Notes under the pieces: model-generated
What the model was told of the DNA's origin: nothing
Seen by the model: the letters and a program-made list of their open reading frames with translations, nothing else
Databases searched by the model: none
Shown: piece by piece, positions 1 through 10,908 of the stretch
Numbering within the stretch: the first letter of the stretch is position 1
Layout of the letters: every line of letters begins with the position of its first letter
Source: Rhina ancylostomus
Taxonomy: Eukaryota
Direction of reading: 5' to 3'
Assembly (NCBI GenBank): GCA_030265395.1
Contig: JARFYF010000084.1
Span: forward strand, 60,377,100-60,441,099
Length of the DNA: 64,000 nucleotides
Program-made: the position numbers and the translations under genes

Positions 1-78
1 AGTTTGTCCTTCCGAAGTGTACCACCTCACACTTCTCCGGATTGAACTCCATCTGCCACTTCTCAGGCCAGCTCTGCC
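1..78 (-). mobile_element. CR1-type LINE reverse transcriptase fragment
   Basis: Reverse strand encodes ...WQMEFNPEKCEVVHFGRTN, the typical CR1 post-RT motif. Confidence 0.8.
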
Positions 79-1544
79 AAGATGAATAGGCAGCAACTAC
101 TGAAAGAGTCAAATGAGATCAGGGAAATATTCAGTCTCTATACCTGCTTTCCTACTACTTCAGGGAATGTTCATTTCCTGCACCTTGGTTATTTGTTTTA
201 TTGTCTAACTCTTATTAGGTTGGGTGGCACTTTGACTGCCTTGGACGGGATATCAGTCAAGGAAGTTAATTGAGCAGCAGCAGAAACAATCTATTGAGCA
301 GGGACCTGTTGCCGCACATGAGAAAGGAATGTTTCGGAGAAGAGTACAGCTTGTACTGTTTACAAAACGCAGTTACATTTCTTTGGAATGTCATAACAAC
401 AGTGTCACAGAAGGCTCAGGTGGTCAAATAGGGTGGCAGCAAGCATCTCCAGCCTCCTTGCAGAAGACCAGCTCTCTATTGGACCTGATGGCCTCATGTT
501 ACTTGGCTATACCTGAAGGAGCCCTTCTGCTCACACCAGCCATGGACTTTAGAACAGTCATGGCGTGCATTGGTCTGCTCAGCAAGGTGCCACAGCACAG
601 TTTGGATCTGTAGGAAAAACAAGGCACAGATAATTCAGTAGTGGGGAGGGGCAAAATAAGTGTAGAAGCATAACAAGGCAACTGAATTACAAAGCTACTG
701 TTGGCCATGCTGAATATATTTCTGGGATTCCCATGCGGTGTTGGATGATGCCATATTCAGAGCAACTACCAATTAATTTTATGGCCAATATGTTGTTGGG
801 ATGACTAATCTAAGTGTGTGTGAATTCTAAGGGTATAAGGTCCATATAAGGACAGAAAACCTATGGTGCTGCCGTTTCTAATCAGTTCGGGCCACAAAAA
901 TGCAGTGAGACTTTTGCAAGCAGGAATGGTTCCCTAAAATACCATGCAGATACATCACACTTGGTGACATCCCAGTATTCAGAACTGAAGAAGACCTCGA
1001 TGTCTTCGAGCTGGCAGCCACAAACAAGGAAAGATAAAAAATCAGTGACATTGTTAAAAATAGTAAAATCGTTAAAAGATAATCATTAGGGAAATAACAA
1101 CATATGTGTTTTAGCAAGTAATGGACAAGAACAGGTTGGTACTAGCAAAGTATCACAGCTTGCATTTTATATTTAATTAAAACAACAACAGAATAGAATA
1201 GATTGAGTCTCTCTGAAGGAGTGTGAATAGATTAAAGCCGCACTAAGTAAAAATTGATATTTAAAATGCAGATGCATGATTATCTTTCGGGAAACTCCAC
1301 AGCTCATCGGTCCCACAGAACAGATCATACTGGAATATTGGCATATCATCGCATGTCTTAAATATTTTATGTCCATTTTGTTGAATTAAATAAAATTAAT
1401 CAATGAAATAATCACTGAATACAGCAAGGATAAGTAATGGTATATAGAATAAATAAGCAATGAGATTGGAAGGAATGCAACTGATTTAAGGGAACAGTTC
1501 CCAAAATTTTACACTACCTCCTGATGTCAACAAAAGGTTACAGG

Positions 1545-2260
1545 TGTAGCGACCCGTACTCACGGGTTTCGAACCACCGTCAGTGGCTGCGGATGGATGT
1601 GCGGGGGCACGGCGCAATCGAACCGCGGGGTGGGCCTTCCAGCAGGGACCTGATGTCACATCTGCCGAAGGGGCCCTCGGGTATTCTTGCGCATGCGCGC
1701 CTTTTGTTTCAATCAGTAAAGTGGCTCCTGGTGGCCAGCCGGTCAAGCCAAGAGCACGTGGCACATCTGCGCCAACTCTGACAATGTGTGAGTGACCACG
1801 GACTGGCAATCAACCCGGCGAAGTGCCAGTTTGGGCTGCAGGAGATCAACTTCTTGGGCCACAGAGTAAACCAGCACAGCGCCACCCCACTACCAGAGAA
1901 AGTCCAGTTCCCCAAACCTGGCTCAGTCANNNNNNNNNNNNNNNNNNNNNNNNNNNNNNNNNNNNNNNNNNNNNNNNNNNNNNNNNNNNNNNNNNNNNNN
2001 NNNNNNNNNNNNNNNNNNNNNNNNNNNNNCCACACTCACAGGTTTCGAACCACCATCGGTGGCCATGGAAGGATGTGCGGGAGCGTGGCGCGATCGAACC
2101 GCAGGGCGGGCCTTCTGGCTGGGATCTGACGTCACATCCGCCGAAGGGGCCCTTGGGTATTTTTGCGCACGCGTGCCTTTTGTTTCACTCAGTAAAGTGC
2201 TTCAATTCAGCCTCCACGTCTCCATGTTTTCTTTTCAGAAACGTGCCGCGTTCAGCTACA
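1545..2260 (+). mobile_element. Internally deleted Ty3/Gypsy LTR retrotransposon (5' LTR ~1545-1722, RT fragment 1723-1929, gap, 3' LTR ~2030-2260)
   Basis: Starts TGTAGC and ends GCTACA. CAGG 4-bp TSD at 1541-1544 and 2261-2264. Two ~165-nt direct repeats. Internal frame LLVASRSSQEHVAHLRQL*..DHGLAINPAKCQFGLQEINFLGHRV..PLPEKV matches the Gypsy RT C-terminal motifs. Confidence 0.9.
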
Positions 2261-2574
2261 CAGGCACATTTAACATGTGGGATTCAAATCTGGGTAATCC
2301 ATGGTTCAGTACTGTGACCCAGACGCTGCAGAGGCTAAAGAAGGCAGATAGATAAAGATCAGGTAGTGGAGGTGTGCATGGAGCTGACTGCCAAGATTCT
2401 GCCCTTCACAAAAAGTAAAAGAAGTTGAAGGTCCCTCCACCATCACCACCACACCATATCACCTGGATCCATATCCAGAATAGTTTCCAGGTAGGAAGGA
2501 AAAATGCTGCCCAATTTAAGCCTGATCTAACATCCACAAAATGAAATTTAGAAAGAAAAATTAGTACATACAAT

Positions 2575-2720
2575 ATCTTTCAGACCTTCAGGATGCCCTA
2601 ACATAGTTTACATCCAATGGAGAACTTTAAAAGTGCAGTCACTGTTGCAATTCAGGAAATGCGATAATCAATTAGCACACAGCAAGGGTCTACAAACAGC
2701 AACAAGAATCATAGAATAAT
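2575..2720 (-). mobile_element. Deu-domain SINE (SacSINE1/AmnSINE1-like) 3' part, decayed
   Basis: Reverse complement resembles the DeuSINE core ttgctgtgcgcaaattggctgc..caacagtgactacacttcaaaagtac..ttggctgtaaa. Confidence 0.6.
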
Positions 2721-2727
2721 CTTCTTC

Positions 2728-3245
2728 TTAGGCAGTCGGGATTGGGGATGACTTACTTCCTTCCCGGTTTTGAGGATTCTGAGATGACCATTGAAGCCAA
2801 CATAGGAATGAACCACAGGCATTTCCACAACTGGCTGATGGGCAGGTGGGTGGGTAGTTCACATGGTCGTCTCTCCTTCTGCCATTTACACACAACCTTT
2901 GTGTGGTCCTGAGGCATAGCCTCAAGGTTCCCAACACTATTCCATCTGCTCCTTGTCTATACTGAGCAGTCAGGGTCCAAAGGTTCCCAAGAGTCAGTGG
3001 GGATGTTGAATTTCTTGAAGGAAATTTTGAGCACATACTTGAATCTTTTCTTCTGTCTGGCTGCTAAGCTCTTCCCTAAGGCAGAGCTTGGAATAGAATA
3101 TCTGTCTCAGGTCTGTTTAATGCTGGGCATACGAAGAGTGTGGCTGGCCAATGCAGCTGATTGAAGGTAACAAGGCCTCAGTACTAGGGGGACTGGCCTG
3201 TCAGTGGACACCAATATTGGTTCAATTGTTCTTCTAGTGTGGGTC
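2728..3245 (-). mobile_element. RTE-clade LINE 3' fragment, decayed
   Basis: Similar to the RTE-like pieces at 31565-32040 and 35480-36238 (QLxWxGH..RMP, KRFKxxLK-like remnants on the minus strand). Confidence 0.55.
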
Positions 3246-3264
3246 CATAGAGCTCAGAAGAAAA

Positions 3265-3775
3265 GGAAAAAACTGCAGCTGCTGGAAATCTGATATACGG
3301 AAAACAGAAAGTACTGCGAACATTCAGCAGGTCAGCAGTGTCTGTGGAGGGAAACTGCTAATATTTCAGATCAATGGTCTTTCATCAGAACCGTGGAAAG
3401 TTAGACATCAAACACATCTGAACTTTCAGAGGAGGAATGGAAAGAACAAAGAGAATGTCTGTAATAGGGTGCAATCCAAAAGAAATGGAATGGTGGTGAT
3501 GCTGGCTGAGAGAGGATAGTAAAGGCTTATTAATTGCAGCTGATGTGTCTAGACGAGGTGCAAACAGAAGGAGATGAATGAGCAGAGAAGAGAAAAGAAA
3601 ATAATCCTGGAACTGTGAGACACCACATACTGCAGTTGCTTGAAATCTAAAATAAAGAATGCTGGATATTTTCTGCAGATAAGTCAGATAACTTTTCAGT
3701 TTAGTGTAACTTTACAGGTTAAATTTACAAGTTCGTGACCTTTCATCAGAACTGGCTAGGGCAGTTACAAATTGG
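3265..3775 (-). mobile_element. Two tandem Penelope-like terminal repeat (pLTR) copies, each with a hammerhead-like core
   Basis: Minus strand carries gttCTGATGAaag...(G)AAA at 3382-3388 and 3743-3749, each followed by the ...gatttccagcagctgcag-type tail. They lie immediately 3' of the PLE endonuclease C-terminus at 4069. Confidence 0.7.
3356..3393 (-). ncRNA. Minimal type I hammerhead ribozyme motif (PLE-associated), partly decayed
   Basis: Minus strand reads cGGUU-CUGAUGA-aAGAccauugaUCU-GAAA-UA-UU-AGC. Catalytic core is intact, with short stem II, a palindromic 2-nt stem III and a 3-bp stem I. Confidence 0.55.
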
Positions 3776-3780
3776 AAAGA

Positions 3781-4057
3781 TAAGACAAGATAATATTTCT
3801 TTTTTTGTCACATGTACATCAAACATACATCTTTGTGTCAAGTGTTCGGGGGGCAGCCCACAGGTGTCACCACGCTTCCAGCACCAACATAGCATGCCCA
3901 CAACTTCCTAACCTGTACGCCTATGGAATGTGGGAGGAAACCCACGCAGACATGGGGAGAACGTACAAACTCCTTACAGACGGCAGCTAGAATTGAACCC
4001 GGGTCGCTGGCACTGTAATAGCCTGATGCTAACTACTACACTACAGTGCCTGCCCTC
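3781..4057 (-). mobile_element. tRNA-derived V-SINE (HE1-like)
   Basis: Minus strand has box A-like gtagtgtagtagttagc, box B ggttcaattct and the V-domain (ctccccatgtctgcgtgggtttcc). Same family as 10590-10908. Confidence 0.8.
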
Positions 4058-4068
4058 ACACTACATTG

Positions 4069-4217
4069 TTATTTCAGATTATTGAATTCAGTGCTCAGTC
4101 CAAAGGGCTGAAACGTGCCATGATGAAAGATGAAGTGCTCTTCCATGGGCTGATGTTCTGCTTCATTGAAACAATATATGAGTTTAAAGAAAGAGAGTTC
4201 AGACTGGAATGGGACAG
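4069..4217 (-). mobile_element. Penelope-like element, GIY-YIG endonuclease C-terminus
   Basis: EAEHQPMEEHFIFHHGTFQPFGLSTEFNNLK* matches the PLE C-terminal KLEEQHLIFRLGTLQPxGLNxEF motif. The frame continues across the L1 insertion at 6056-6316. Confidence 0.75.
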
Positions 4218-4434
4218 GGTCTTTTGGTGGCGCTACATGGAGTAGGTCGTATCTTGGCTCTGCTCCACTCACCTTTTAATTCCTCATACACCACCCTTTA
4301 GTAAGACCTTTATAATACTTTTACAAGATTGATTTTGACTTGTTGGAAGTGTCGGAAGTGTTTGAAGTGTCGGAAAGAATACCAGAGCTAAGGCTGGAGC
4401 TGATAGCAAAGGTAACGGAGACCCTCAACTCATT

Positions 4435-5157
4435 TTGGAAGCTATTTCTAAACTGGATAAAAAGTTTGACCAGAGATTTGCCACTTTGGAAATGCTGTTA
4501 AAAGATATTGAAGACAGACAAACTACACTCATACAGGACAGTGCTAAAGAGCAGCAATTAATTGCTGAACTGGATCAAGCTGGCAAAGTGAGAGATCACG
4601 GGCTGAACTTACTGGAAAAAGATTTAACTGTGACCAAACAAAGACTGGACCAGCAAAGGCAGAGGGTTATTGATTTAGAAAGCCACAGTCGTAGAAATAA
4701 TGTGAAGATCATCAGCTTCTCTGAGGATGCTGAATCTGGTAATCCCATTGAATTCTTTCCTAAACTTCCAATGGATGTGTTTGGCCCTGAAGTGTTTTCT
4801 GTGCGGCCTATACTTGATTGTGACCATCAAACGTTAAGACCAAAACCTCCAGCAGAGCAAAAACCACGGCCAGTAATATTGAGATTTCACTAAGTGAGTA
4901 CTAAAGAACATTTGATTCAAATTGCTCGTCGTCAAGGAATGATCCAATATAAAGATTGGAAGTCTCATCTGGTTGAAGATTACACCTCCCAAGTTAGGAA
5001 AGAGAGACTGCTTTGTAAACCAATTATGTTGTGGCTTTATCAAGAGAATTATCAACGTGCATTACTGTTCCCAGCCTGCCTGAGAATTTTAATTCCTGAC
5101 AAATGATGCCGAAGGTTCAATTCCGTTAAAGAGGCCAAAGATTTCTTCCAAGGTTAA
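4435..5157 (+). pseudogene. L1 ORF1p (coiled coil, RRM, CTD) with in-frame stops at 4891 and 5104
   Basis: DLESHSRRNNVKII, ILDCDHQTLRPKP..PRPVILRFH, LVEDYT and LLFPACLRI are diagnostic L1 ORF1p motifs, all in one frame. Confidence 0.9.
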
Positions 5158-5860
5158 CTTTTTGACTCCAGATGGTTAAGAAATGTGGTTTTCTTTGATT
5201 TTATACTTAATTGGTCTACTAAAGCAATGATTAACTTACGGGTTTAAATGCTTTTTAAGCCCAGAGATACTTTCCTGCCCTTTGTTAATATTTTCGTGCT
5301 TGGTTCTGGAACACAGATACTTACCATGTTTCAATTTATTTATTTTTTCTCTTTATTATTTTACTTTAATATTTTTAATGTTCTATTTGGGTAATAATTA
5401 AGAATTTAACTGAGTGACTGGTTGTTTTTTTCTTTTTGAAATTAAAATAAGAATGTAATTTTTAAATGTTGACTGTTTATATTTGTGACTTTGTTGAACT
5501 TTCTTAGCAAGTCTGTTTACATTTTGAAAAATTGTTTTGGGTATTTCTGTCTTCATGTTTAGACTACTGATGGTGCCTTACATTCTTTTCAACTTGGAGA
5601 TTTGCCACCAAAAGAGTTGGGGTTAAGTAATAGTGGGTAGCATTCTCGCTGCCCATTGGCCAGTTTTTGGGCTTTGGTGGGTGGGGCTGTTTTTAGTTTA
5701 GTTGTTTTTATTTCTTCTTCTGGACTGATAAACTACTAATATGTCTGAATTTTCATCATATCCGGCTCCTCTTTGAACTTCTTTTCTTCTTCCTGTTAAT
5801 GAATCTCCCATGCAATAAGGTTAACCCTTTACATACCATATGTTTTTTTAGTCTTTTAAA

Positions 5861-6060
5861 ATGGATAAGATGATTAATTTTGTTACATGGAATACAAACG
5901 GCTTGAATAATCCATTTAAGCATAAGAAGATCTTTAAAGTTTTTCATAGACTGAATGCTCAGATTATTTTTGTGTAGGAGAGTCATATTAGGAGAGAGCA
6001 TAATCAGCACTTTTTTTTAGATTTTGGAAGGGGTCAACAGTTTCACTCTAACTCACAGAC
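5861..6060 (+). pseudogene. L1 ORF2 APE endonuclease N-terminus (truncated)
   Basis: MDKMINFVTWNTNGLNNPFKHKKIFKVFHRLNAQIIFV*ESH corresponds to the SWNVNGL ... IFLQETH motifs. Confidence 0.85.
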
Positions 6061-6325
6061 CGGAATGGGATAGAGGACTAAAATGACAGACAACAGGAAG
6101 TGCTGGGTCACTCTTGTGGACTGAACAGAGATGTTCTGCAAAGTGACCAGCTACTTGTAAGGGCAGACGTTTTATGTCCTGCAGTAGTATGGGATGGTGC
6201 CGTGAGAAGGGGAGTTGTTGGAGATGAAACAGTCCCTTCAGAATGCTGAAAGGGGAGGGGAGCGAAAGAAAAGATGTGCTTGGTAGTGGCATCACATTAA
6301 TGATAATCAGCATTAAGTATAATGA

Positions 6326-6540
6326 GCAAAAGCAAACTTCTGGAGGAACTCAGTGAATCATGCATCATCTGCGGAGGTAGAGGAATTGTCAACATTTCAA
6401 GTTGAGACCCTGCATCAGTCCTGAACTGAAGCGTTGACTATCCCTCTGTCGCCACAATTGCTGCCTGACCCTCGGAGTTTCTCCAGCAGTTTGTTTTTGC
6501 TCTAGATTCCAGCATCTGCAGTCTCTGGTGACTCTCTCAG
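6326..6540. mobile_element. Fold-back (head-to-head) PLE terminal-repeat insertion
   Basis: Inverted arms ..ggaggaactcag..catct / ..ctgcctgaccc..tctccagcag. 9-bp TSD GTATAATGA at 6317-6325 and 6541-6549. Confidence 0.8.
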
Positions 6541-6689
6541 GTATAATGATTTATTAAATGTGGAGGTTGCTGGAGTGGAAAGGGAGGACAGGGAAGCCCT
6601 AAACTTACTCCAAGTGGGAGTAAAACGATGAGAGCAGAAGTGCAGGAAATTGATCAGAGATGGCTGAGAGCCATATCATCAGTGATACA

Positions 6690-6975
6690 GATATTGAGTT
6701 GTACAGCTTAGAAACAGGCCCTTTGGCCCACCAAAACCATGCTGACCTTTTTGCCCATCTATACCAATCCCACTTGCCCACATTTGGTCTGGATCTTAAG
6801 TGTCTGTCTAAATGTCTCTTAAACATAGTGATTGTATCTGATTCTGCTGCCTCCTCTTGCAGCAAGTTGCAGGTATCAACCATTTTCTGTGTAAAAAAAA
6901 TTTACTCCTCAAATCCCCTTTAAAAGTCCTTGCTCTCCTTACCTTAAGCCAATACCCTCTTGTTTTTGATAATGA
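6690..6975 (-). mobile_element. CR1 LINE 3' end
   Basis: TRGYWLKVRRARTFKGDLRSKFF...AESDTITMFKRHLDRHL followed by a CR1 3' UTR. Confidence 0.8.
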
Positions 6976-8224
6976 TGGAAGGAAATCCATAGTTAAAGAA
7001 TAAGGAAGACATCTCAGAAGCACTACAGCAGAGAGTCGCCTCATCAGAATAAATACAATTGGCCTGGAGAAAGAGCAGAATGGAATGGAGCCCCTACAGG
7101 AAACAGAGTGGATGGAGATGAGTTAAGTGAGGTTCTATTGTGTATTGGTCACAGAATTGTTCTCTGGAACAGAGATGGAGAANNNNNNNNNNNNNNNNNN
7201 NNNNNNNNNNNNNNNNNNNNNNNNNNNNNNNNNNNNNNNNNNNNNNNNNNNNNNNNNNNNNNNNNNNNNNNNNNNNNNNNNNTGTTCTCTTGAACAGAGA
7301 TGGAGAAGTCAAGAAAGGGTAGGGAAGAGTTAAACAGAGACCATGTGAATGTGAGAGCAGGGTGGAAATTAACAGCAAAGCAGATGAAATTTTTAAGTTC
7401 TGTACAAAAGTGGGAAGCAGCAGCAATACAGTCATCAATGTATCGGAAACAGAAGTAACTGAGTAGGACTGAAACAAGAATTTTTCCATGTATCTCATAA
7501 AGAGGCAGGCATAATCTGAATCCATGTGGGTTCCCAACAGTGACATCTTTGACTTGAAGGAAGTGAGGGAGTGAGTGAAATTACAGGAGAAGTTATTCAA
7601 TGTGAGAATGAGTTCAGTCAGGTGAAGAGGCTGGTGTGGAGGTAGACTGCTTGGACCTCTGTTCAAGGAAGAAGCAAAGGGCCCTCAGGCCATCCTGTTG
7701 TGCAGGTGCAGAGATCCTTGGTGAAACTTGGATGTCCGTTCCCATAATACTGCTTTCTGTCTCATCCAAGAATACAGTAAAAAAAGTTTAATTATTTTCT
7801 CCATTTGTTTCCATCATCAAATATAGTAACCACATAAAAATAACAGATTTTGCATATTTTTAAACTGTAAAACTGCTATATTGCTAATGTATGTTGACTA
7901 CTGAACTCAAGTCTGCCAGTCATTCATTTTGTTTAACAGATCATTTTTGTTACAAACACTAAAGGAATTTTTACCTATATGTGGATACAATACAAATCAA
8001 AGCATATGTCACATAAATCTGTCTATAGGCTTTTTTGTTTGGCAATTGATCAATTACAGTGAAGCAACAATCACACCTCTCTGTGTATGACAAGCAATTT
8101 AAGGCTATGTGATCACACATATGCATTTATAGTTTGTATTTCTGTGATGTACACATGGATTTGCATTGCTAATAAACTTTCTATCCTAAAAATGTCTACC
8201 ACCCTAACTCCGAAATCTCCTCCA

Positions 8225-8540
8225 ACCACATAACTCTCTTCGTTGTCTGTACTTCTCCAACTGTGGCCTCTTGAGCATCTTCAAACTTAATCACTTTACC
8301 AATGCTGACTTTGCTTCAGCTGCCAAGATACTTATCTCTGCAACTCCCCCCTTAAAATTCTCCATCTCTTGTATTTTCTTCTGTTAAGACACTACTTAAA
8401 ATCCATCTCTTTGAACAAGCTTTTGGTCAGCTGTTGTAATATAACACAAAATCATTCTTTTTCTGTTTAATATTGCTCTTAAGAAGTGCCTTTGAATATT
8501 TTTACCATGTTAAAAGTGCTACATAAATGTAAGCTTTCGT
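8225..8540 (+). mobile_element. L2-clade LINE 3' end, decayed
   Basis: Remnants of the AFS..P.LWNSLP...FK.LLKT.LF coding tail, and a 3' tail ending aaagtgctacataaatgtaagc. Confidence 0.55.
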
Positions 8541-8882
8541 TACTGAGAAACGAGCACCGATCTAGTGACAGTACTGTAATTTATTTGACACAGTCCTTTT
8601 TATTGATTGACAACATTGTGGGTATTATAGTGTATGCCTGGAGACAACAGTCTTTGTATGGAATTTGAGGAAGATTAAAGAGCCACCCTTCCAATTTGTA
8701 TCATTGTCAGTTCCATTTGAAAGACAATTACTAATGAGAGCAAGAACGACAAATTAGGAAGATGGTGAAACGTTGCAACAATAACACAACATTGCCTATG
8801 AGATGATGAATGAGTCCATTTCCAGACCGTCAAAGAGAATGGTGGCAACCATCTGATCACAGAGAAGCCTCAGAACCTCAGA

Positions 8883-9130
8883 AACACAAGGAACTGCAGA
8901 TGTTGAGATTTGGAGCAAAAATATCAAGCTGCTGGAAGAACTCAGCGGGTCAGGCAGCATCTATGGAGGCAAAGGGATAGTCAAATATTTCGGTTTGAGA
9001 CCTTCCATCAGGACTGAGGGTGTAAAGGGGAGATGGTTAGTACAATGAGGCGAGGGGGAGGGTTAAGGCAGGAACTGGCAAGCAATAGGTAGATCCAGGT
9101 GAGGGGGGATTGACAGGCAGATGGAGCCAG
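8883..9130 (-). mobile_element. PLE terminal repeat fragment
   Basis: tgcagatg..ctggaagaactcagcgggtcaggcagcatc arm with a decayed hammerhead (minus cagtc-ctgatgg..gaaa..gact). Confidence 0.7.
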
Positions 9131-10589
9131 GAACGTCGAAACGAGGAGTGAGTTATTCAGTCCCTCAGCCATTTGATTAAATTATGACAAATTTGTACAT
9201 CAATATTCCTTTTATACAACTCCCCTTCATCTCAGCTTAGAAAGATCCAGTTTTCCAAGCATCCACAGTCTTTTGGGGATGGAGATCACAACTACCTTTT
9301 GTGTGAAAAGCACAAGACAGCATGTTACCAATGTGCTAACAGGTAACTGAAGCTGATTTCATCTGCCTTTCTCAGCAAGAATTTACATTTGACCACTTTT
9401 GGAGGAGGACTTCAAACACACCCTCTGTGCCTTAGGCCCTCTTGTACCTCTGTGTCCTTAATGTGCTCGCTGATGACGAGGGAGGGAGAGTGAGCCTTGC
9501 CTCTGCTGATCACTTCTCTCCACAACCAATCCTCTCTACTTACTTGCTTTTGTTTGTAGTTCCATATCTCCATGTCAGGACTTTAAGGTAACGTACTTTG
9601 TTAGTGTTCTTTCTAGCTGCACTGTATTGCAAATTTAAAAATAAATGCTAGTCATTCATGTCGATTCATGCCATTGATATGGTCCCTTTTGGATCTTGGG
9701 AAAGAATGATGTCAAATACAAAATTAAAAAGAAGTGTAAATCTGCTAAAATCCTTGTGGCATGACTGCTTTCTCAGATTCTGTACATGACAAATTTCCAG
9801 ATTTTGCTTTGAATAAAGAAACAATGTGTATAGTAAGCATGAGCTAAGTGCTTTACCACAGACAAACAGGATTAACCAGGGAAAGCAACCCCAAGCTCCA
9901 TATGGCCATCACTTCTTGTGCTCCTTTAGTTATTGCTTTAACATAGGGTCTCAGAGTGAATTGAAGAAGAAGCCAGAAAACCTTTTTTCAAAAGCAAAGT
10001 TGTTTATTCAACAACACAAATGGCTTTAATAGATTAATTTCCCAGAATTTCACCAACCTGGAACATTAGCCTCTCTGGAATTTACCTTGCATTTTAATCA
10101 TATTATGCTTGTCATTCCAGAAGTGTTTTGAAAGTGATTATTCACAATCTGAAGTATGCACATTTAGCCTGCATTCAGAATTTAAAATGTATTCAAATCA
10201 AAACAATTTGTTGCTAGAACTTCACACCTGCTCCTAAAGGTGTGTGTGCCCTCTTTCACCTACTGTGTGTTTCCATTTATTTTCTTCTTGCTAAATGACA
10301 GGAACATAAGCAGACCATTCAGCCCCATAGGCCGTGGCTGAACTGTATCAGAAAGACATGAAACAGATATCTAAAATATAAATTATATATTGTTGAAACG
10401 TGTTGACTTCTGGACTTCTGGCAGGGGTAGGGTAGGAAGTGATGAGAAATCCAGTAAGCAGAAGGAAGTAGAAAAGACTTTATTCTGGGCCTTTCTGTCA
10501 CTGCTTGTGGGCCAGATGAAGTGGTTAACCACAGCGCAGTGTGCTAATTAGCTTAAGGATCACCAATCATTGCAACAACGCAACAACAG

Positions 10590-10908
10590 GCAGGGACGGT
10601 AGTAGGCAAGCCCAGTAGTGTAGCAGTTAGCGTTACGCTATTAGAGCGCCAGTGACCCAGGTTCATTTCCAGCCACTGTCTGTAAGGAGTTTGTANNNNN
10701 NNNNNCTCCCCATGACTGTATGGGTTTACTCCAGGTGCTCCGATTTCCTCCCACATTCCAAAGACATACAGGTTAGGAACTTGTAGGTATGCTATGTTGG
10801 CACCGGAAGCGTGGCGACACTTGTGGGCTGCCCCCAGAGTATTCTACGCAAAAGATGCATTTCACTGTATGTTTCGATGTGCATTTGACTAATAAAGAAA
10901 TCTTAACT
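10590..10908 (+). mobile_element. tRNA-derived V-SINE (HE1-like), near full length
   Basis: Box A tagtgtagcagttag, box B ggttcatttcc, V-domain ctccccatgactgtatgggttt..ctcccacattccaaagac, and a LINE-like tail ending ..gactaataaagaaatctt. Confidence 0.85.

Larger units (their letters stand above)
4218..6060 (+). mobile_element. L1-clade LINE with 5' UTR, ORF1, spacer and only the start of ORF2 (3'-truncated)
   Basis: GC-richer 5' end (ggtggcgctacatggagtagg), then ORF1, a ~700-nt T-rich spacer and the ORF2 start. Flanked by an ~18-bp duplication at 4200-4217 and 6056-6073. Confidence 0.85.
6056..7720 (-). mobile_element. Penelope-like element RT and GIY-YIG fragments, interrupted by later insertions
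   Basis: HFAEHLCSVHKSDPALPVVCHFSPLSHS (endonuclease) at ~6060-6160. LTELILTLNNFS...GTHMDSDYACLFMRYMEKFLF at ~7470-7630 matches PLE RT LAELVLTLNNF..GVAMGTRMGPSYACLF. Confidence 0.8.

Noticed and set aside
984-1012. CTGAAGA followed by the hairpin agac-ctcgat-gtct
   Set aside because: No GAAA after the stem and no stem I, so it is not a hammerhead.
850-1089. Stop-free frame with a zinc-finger-like CSETFASRNGSLKYHADTSH
   Set aside because: Only one Cys, and no start or splice support. Another frame looks equally like a LINE C-terminus, so it cannot be assigned.
6326-6540. Palindromic repeats as MITEs, pre-miRNAs or a CRISPR-like array
   Set aside because: The arms match PLE terminal repeats adjoining PLE ORFs, centres and TSD lengths vary, and there is no regular repeat-spacer period.
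7157-7307. Direct repeats flanking 100-N gaps (also 20370/20490, 52563/52692, 57855/57975)
   Set aside because: The same 20-30 nt sits on both sides of fixed-length gaps. These are overlapping contig ends (assembly artefact), not biological duplications.
9560-9587. Short ag...gt bounded segment (also 26229-26273 on +, ~13030-13090 on -, and 56829 onward)
   Set aside because: Splice-like signals at this level are expected by chance in 64 kb, and no peptide is recognisable.
10612-10675. tRNA-like box A/box B
   Set aside because: This is the head of a V-SINE; there is no complete cloverleaf.
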